Shown: piece by piece, positions 62,104-64,000 of the stretch
Layout of the letters: each line of letters begins with the position of its first letter
Position numbering within the stretch: the first letter of the stretch is position 1
Assembly (NCBI GenBank): GCA_036229005.1
Contig: JAZAMN010000047.1
Coordinates: forward strand, 1-64,000
DNA from: Myxococcota bacterium
GTDB lineage: Bacteria > Myxococcota_A > UBA796 > CAJQPC01
Reading direction: 5' to 3'
DNA length: 64,000 nucleotides
Program-made: the position numbers and the translations under genes
Notes under the pieces: generated by a model
Told to the model about the DNA's origin: nothing
The model's database searches: none
The model's input: the letters and a program-made list of their open reading frames with translations, nothing else

Positions 62104-62934
62104 CTACTGCGCGCGCTCCCGCAAGGCCTCGTTGAGCTGCTGGGCGCTGGTGGTCACGATGACACCGGGCACCTCGACCTCGGTCGCGCCGCGCCCGCCC
62201 ACCGCGACGTGCACGCTCTGCGGCACCAGCTTGCGCACCGTGCGAAGCAGCCGCTCGCGCTCGCTCTGGGGGCGCATCCGCACCAGGCTCATGCACACGA
62301 GCTGAGGCTGCTGCTGGGCGCAGTAGGCTGGGAGCTCGTCCAGAGGGAGCTCGGAGCCCAGCCAGTCGGTGCGCCAGCCCATCTCCCCCATGTGGATGGA
62401 CAGGCCCAGCAGGCCCAGGTCGTGTCGCTCCCCCGGCGGAGTCAGCAGGGAGGCCAGAGGCCCCTGCGGACACCGCACCTGCTGCGCGAGCTCCATCAAG
62501 CGGGAGCGCACAAAGCCCGAGGCGAAGTGCTCCTGGGCCACGGAGGTCTCTCCACGGGCCCAGCGCTCGCCGAGCTCACGCAGCAGGGGGGAGTAGAGCT
62601 GGTCGACCTGGGCGCCGGGAGGCTGGGCCTGGATGCTCTGCACCATGGCCTCGGCCTCCCGCTGGTCGAAGGCGACCAGGCGTTCCAGCAGGGGCTGCAT
62701 CAGCTCGGGCAGCGAGCCCTCGCCGCCCAGCAGCTTGAGGGCCTCGCTCACGGCGTGGCCCTTGTCGACCATCGCCTTGAGCTGCAGCAGGCGCTGCAGG
62801 TCGGCCTCGGAGTAGATCCGGTAGCCGTTCTCGGTGCGGCTGGGGGTCACCGCCTGATAGCGCCGCTCCCACGCCAGCAGTGTGCTTCGGTTGATGCCGG
62901 TGAGCCGGCAGATGGTCTTGACGCGGTAGCTCAA
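62104..62934 (-). CDS. carH: MerR-family B12-binding photoregulator (CarH/CarA-like)
   Basis: LLAWERRY..P.RTENGYRIYS; W-x9-EH and ERHDLG; TTGA overlap with the crtB stop. Confidence 0.88.
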   Translation of the reverse strand: MSYRVKTICRLTGINRSTLLAWERRYQAVTPSRTENGYRIYSEADLQRLLQLKAMVDKGHAVSEALKLLGGEGSLPELMQPLLERLVAFDQREAEAMVQSIQAQPPGAQVDQLYSPLLRELGERWARGETSVAQEHFASGFVRSRLMELAQQVRCPQGPLASLLTPPGERHDLGLLGLSIHMGEMGWRTDWLGSELPLDELPAYCAQQQPQLVCMSLVRMRPQSERERLLRTVRKLVPQSVHVAVGGRGATEVEVPGVIVTTSAQQLNEALRERAQ

Positions 62935-63755
62935 GGGGCACACCCCGGGAGCCCCACCAGAGCTCCGTGCAGCGAGTTGTGGTGCTCGGTCTTGCGGGCG
63001 AAGGGCAGCCGCACCAGCGCCCAGGCCCCGACAGCCAGCTTCTCCCACAGCGGGACGATGGTGCGGCCCTGCATGGGGTCCCCGCCCTGGCGCAGCAGGC
63101 GCACGCCGATCTGCCGATACACCTGCATGGCCACCGCGATCGCACCTCGCGCGCGCCAAGGAATGTAGGGGAGTCCGGCCACTGCGGAGGCGTAGTATTG
63201 GTCCGCGAGAGTCAGCAGGGCTGCGACAGCCGGCTTCACCTCCGGCCGGGAGGCGGGGATGTAGCGGCGGTCGCGCTGTTGGTCCTCGAGGACATCTCTA
63301 CAGATGTTGGTGAGCTGCATCGCGATGCCAAGATCGATGGCGTGGGCGTGGGCCCGCGGGTCCTCTACCCCCAGGACCGCGCACATGGCCAGCCCGACCG
63401 TCCCGGCGACCCGGTAGCAGTAGCGGAGCAGCTCGGCGTCGGTCTGGAGCGCGACGGAGCCTTGGTCGGAGACCACGCCGTCGATCAGGTGCAGGAGCGC
63501 CTCGACGGAGAGGCCGCGCCGGGCGTTGAGCTCCAGCATGGCCGCCGCGAGCCCCTGGGGAGGCTGGTCCCCCTGGAGCTGGGCGCGGATGTCCGCGATG
63601 GCGTCGAAGTCCTCGTCCTCATCGGCCAGGTCATCGACCACGCGGCAGAAGTGGTACAGGCGTGCGGCGTCGGCCCGCGCCTCCACTGGCAACAGAAAGG
63701 AGGCCAGGTAGAAGGTGCGGCCGTGCTTGCGCAGGACTTCGAGATCGGTGCTCAC
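62931..63755 (-). CDS. crtB: Phytoene synthase
   Basis: GRTFYLAS, LYHFCRVVDDLAD, YCYRVAGTVG, QLTNICRDVLED. Confidence 0.95.
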   Translation of the reverse strand: MSTDLEVLRKHGRTFYLASFLLPVEARADAARLYHFCRVVDDLADEDEDFDAIADIRAQLQGDQPPQGLAAAMLELNARRGLSVEALLHLIDGVVSDQGSVALQTDAELLRYCYRVAGTVGLAMCAVLGVEDPRAHAHAIDLGIAMQLTNICRDVLEDQQRDRRYIPASRPEVKPAVAALLTLADQYYASAVAGLPYIPWRARGAIAVAMQVYRQIGVRLLRQGGDPMQGRTIVPLWEKLAVGAWALVRLPFARKTEHHNSLHGALVGLPGCAP

Positions 63756-64000
63756 TTGGCGGCCACGGGCTTGGGTTCGGTCTCTGCGCGGGAGACCTCG
63801 GGGATGAAGTGCTCCAGCACCTTGGCGGAGGAGATGACGCCGGGAACGCCCGCGCCGGGGTGGGTGCCCGCGCCGACGAAGTAGAGGCCGTCGACGTCCT
63901 CGCTGCGGTTGTGGTAGCGGAACCAGGCGGACTGCCGGAAGATGGGCTCGGGGCCGAAGGCGGCGCCGCTCATGCTCTGGTAGCGGTCCTGAAAAGTGCG
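63752..64000 (-). CDS. crtI: Phytoene desaturase, C-terminal part (runs off the window)
   Basis: GAAFGPEP..QSAWFR.HNR, LYFVGAGTHPGAGVPGV. Confidence 0.92.
   Translation of the reverse strand, partial: RTFQDRYQSMSGAAFGPEPIFRQSAWFRYHNRSEDVDGLYFVGAGTHPGAGVPGVISSAKVLEHFIPEVSRAETEPKPVAAK

Overview
High-GC chromosomal window, probably from a Myxococcota/deltaproteobacteria-like organism. That is inferred from a RomR-like gene ahead of valS-nadC-birA, a MYXO-CTERM-like tail, a Hanks kinase, a PP2C and many lipoproteins. About 65 genes are supportable. They include housekeeping genes (valS, nadC, birA, coaC, gltA, icd, sucCD, ndk, msrB, an RlmD-like methyltransferase), a sulfur-carrier cysteine synthesis operon (cysM, mec fused in frame to cysO, moeZ), a FisR-like sigma54 activator divergent from a repeat protein and sqr, the end of a crtI-crtB-carH carotenoid operon, and many secreted hydrolases and lipoproteins. 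I saw no rRNA, tRNA, CRISPR-cas, integrase or transposase. The best signals lie outside the ORF track: (1) an unannotated, apparently leaderless poly-Cys leader peptide (7760-7864) in front of the cysteine operon; (2) a 1.5-kb non-coding mosaic of three copies of a nested-hairpin element between sucD and ndk, varying by loss of whole hairpins; (3) two sequence-unrelated inverted arrays with the same 31-bp period and 3+5 layout, both between convergent genes; (4) a window-wide class of ultra-short, uncharged lipoprotein signal peptides. All calls come from motifs read by eye; no database searches were run.
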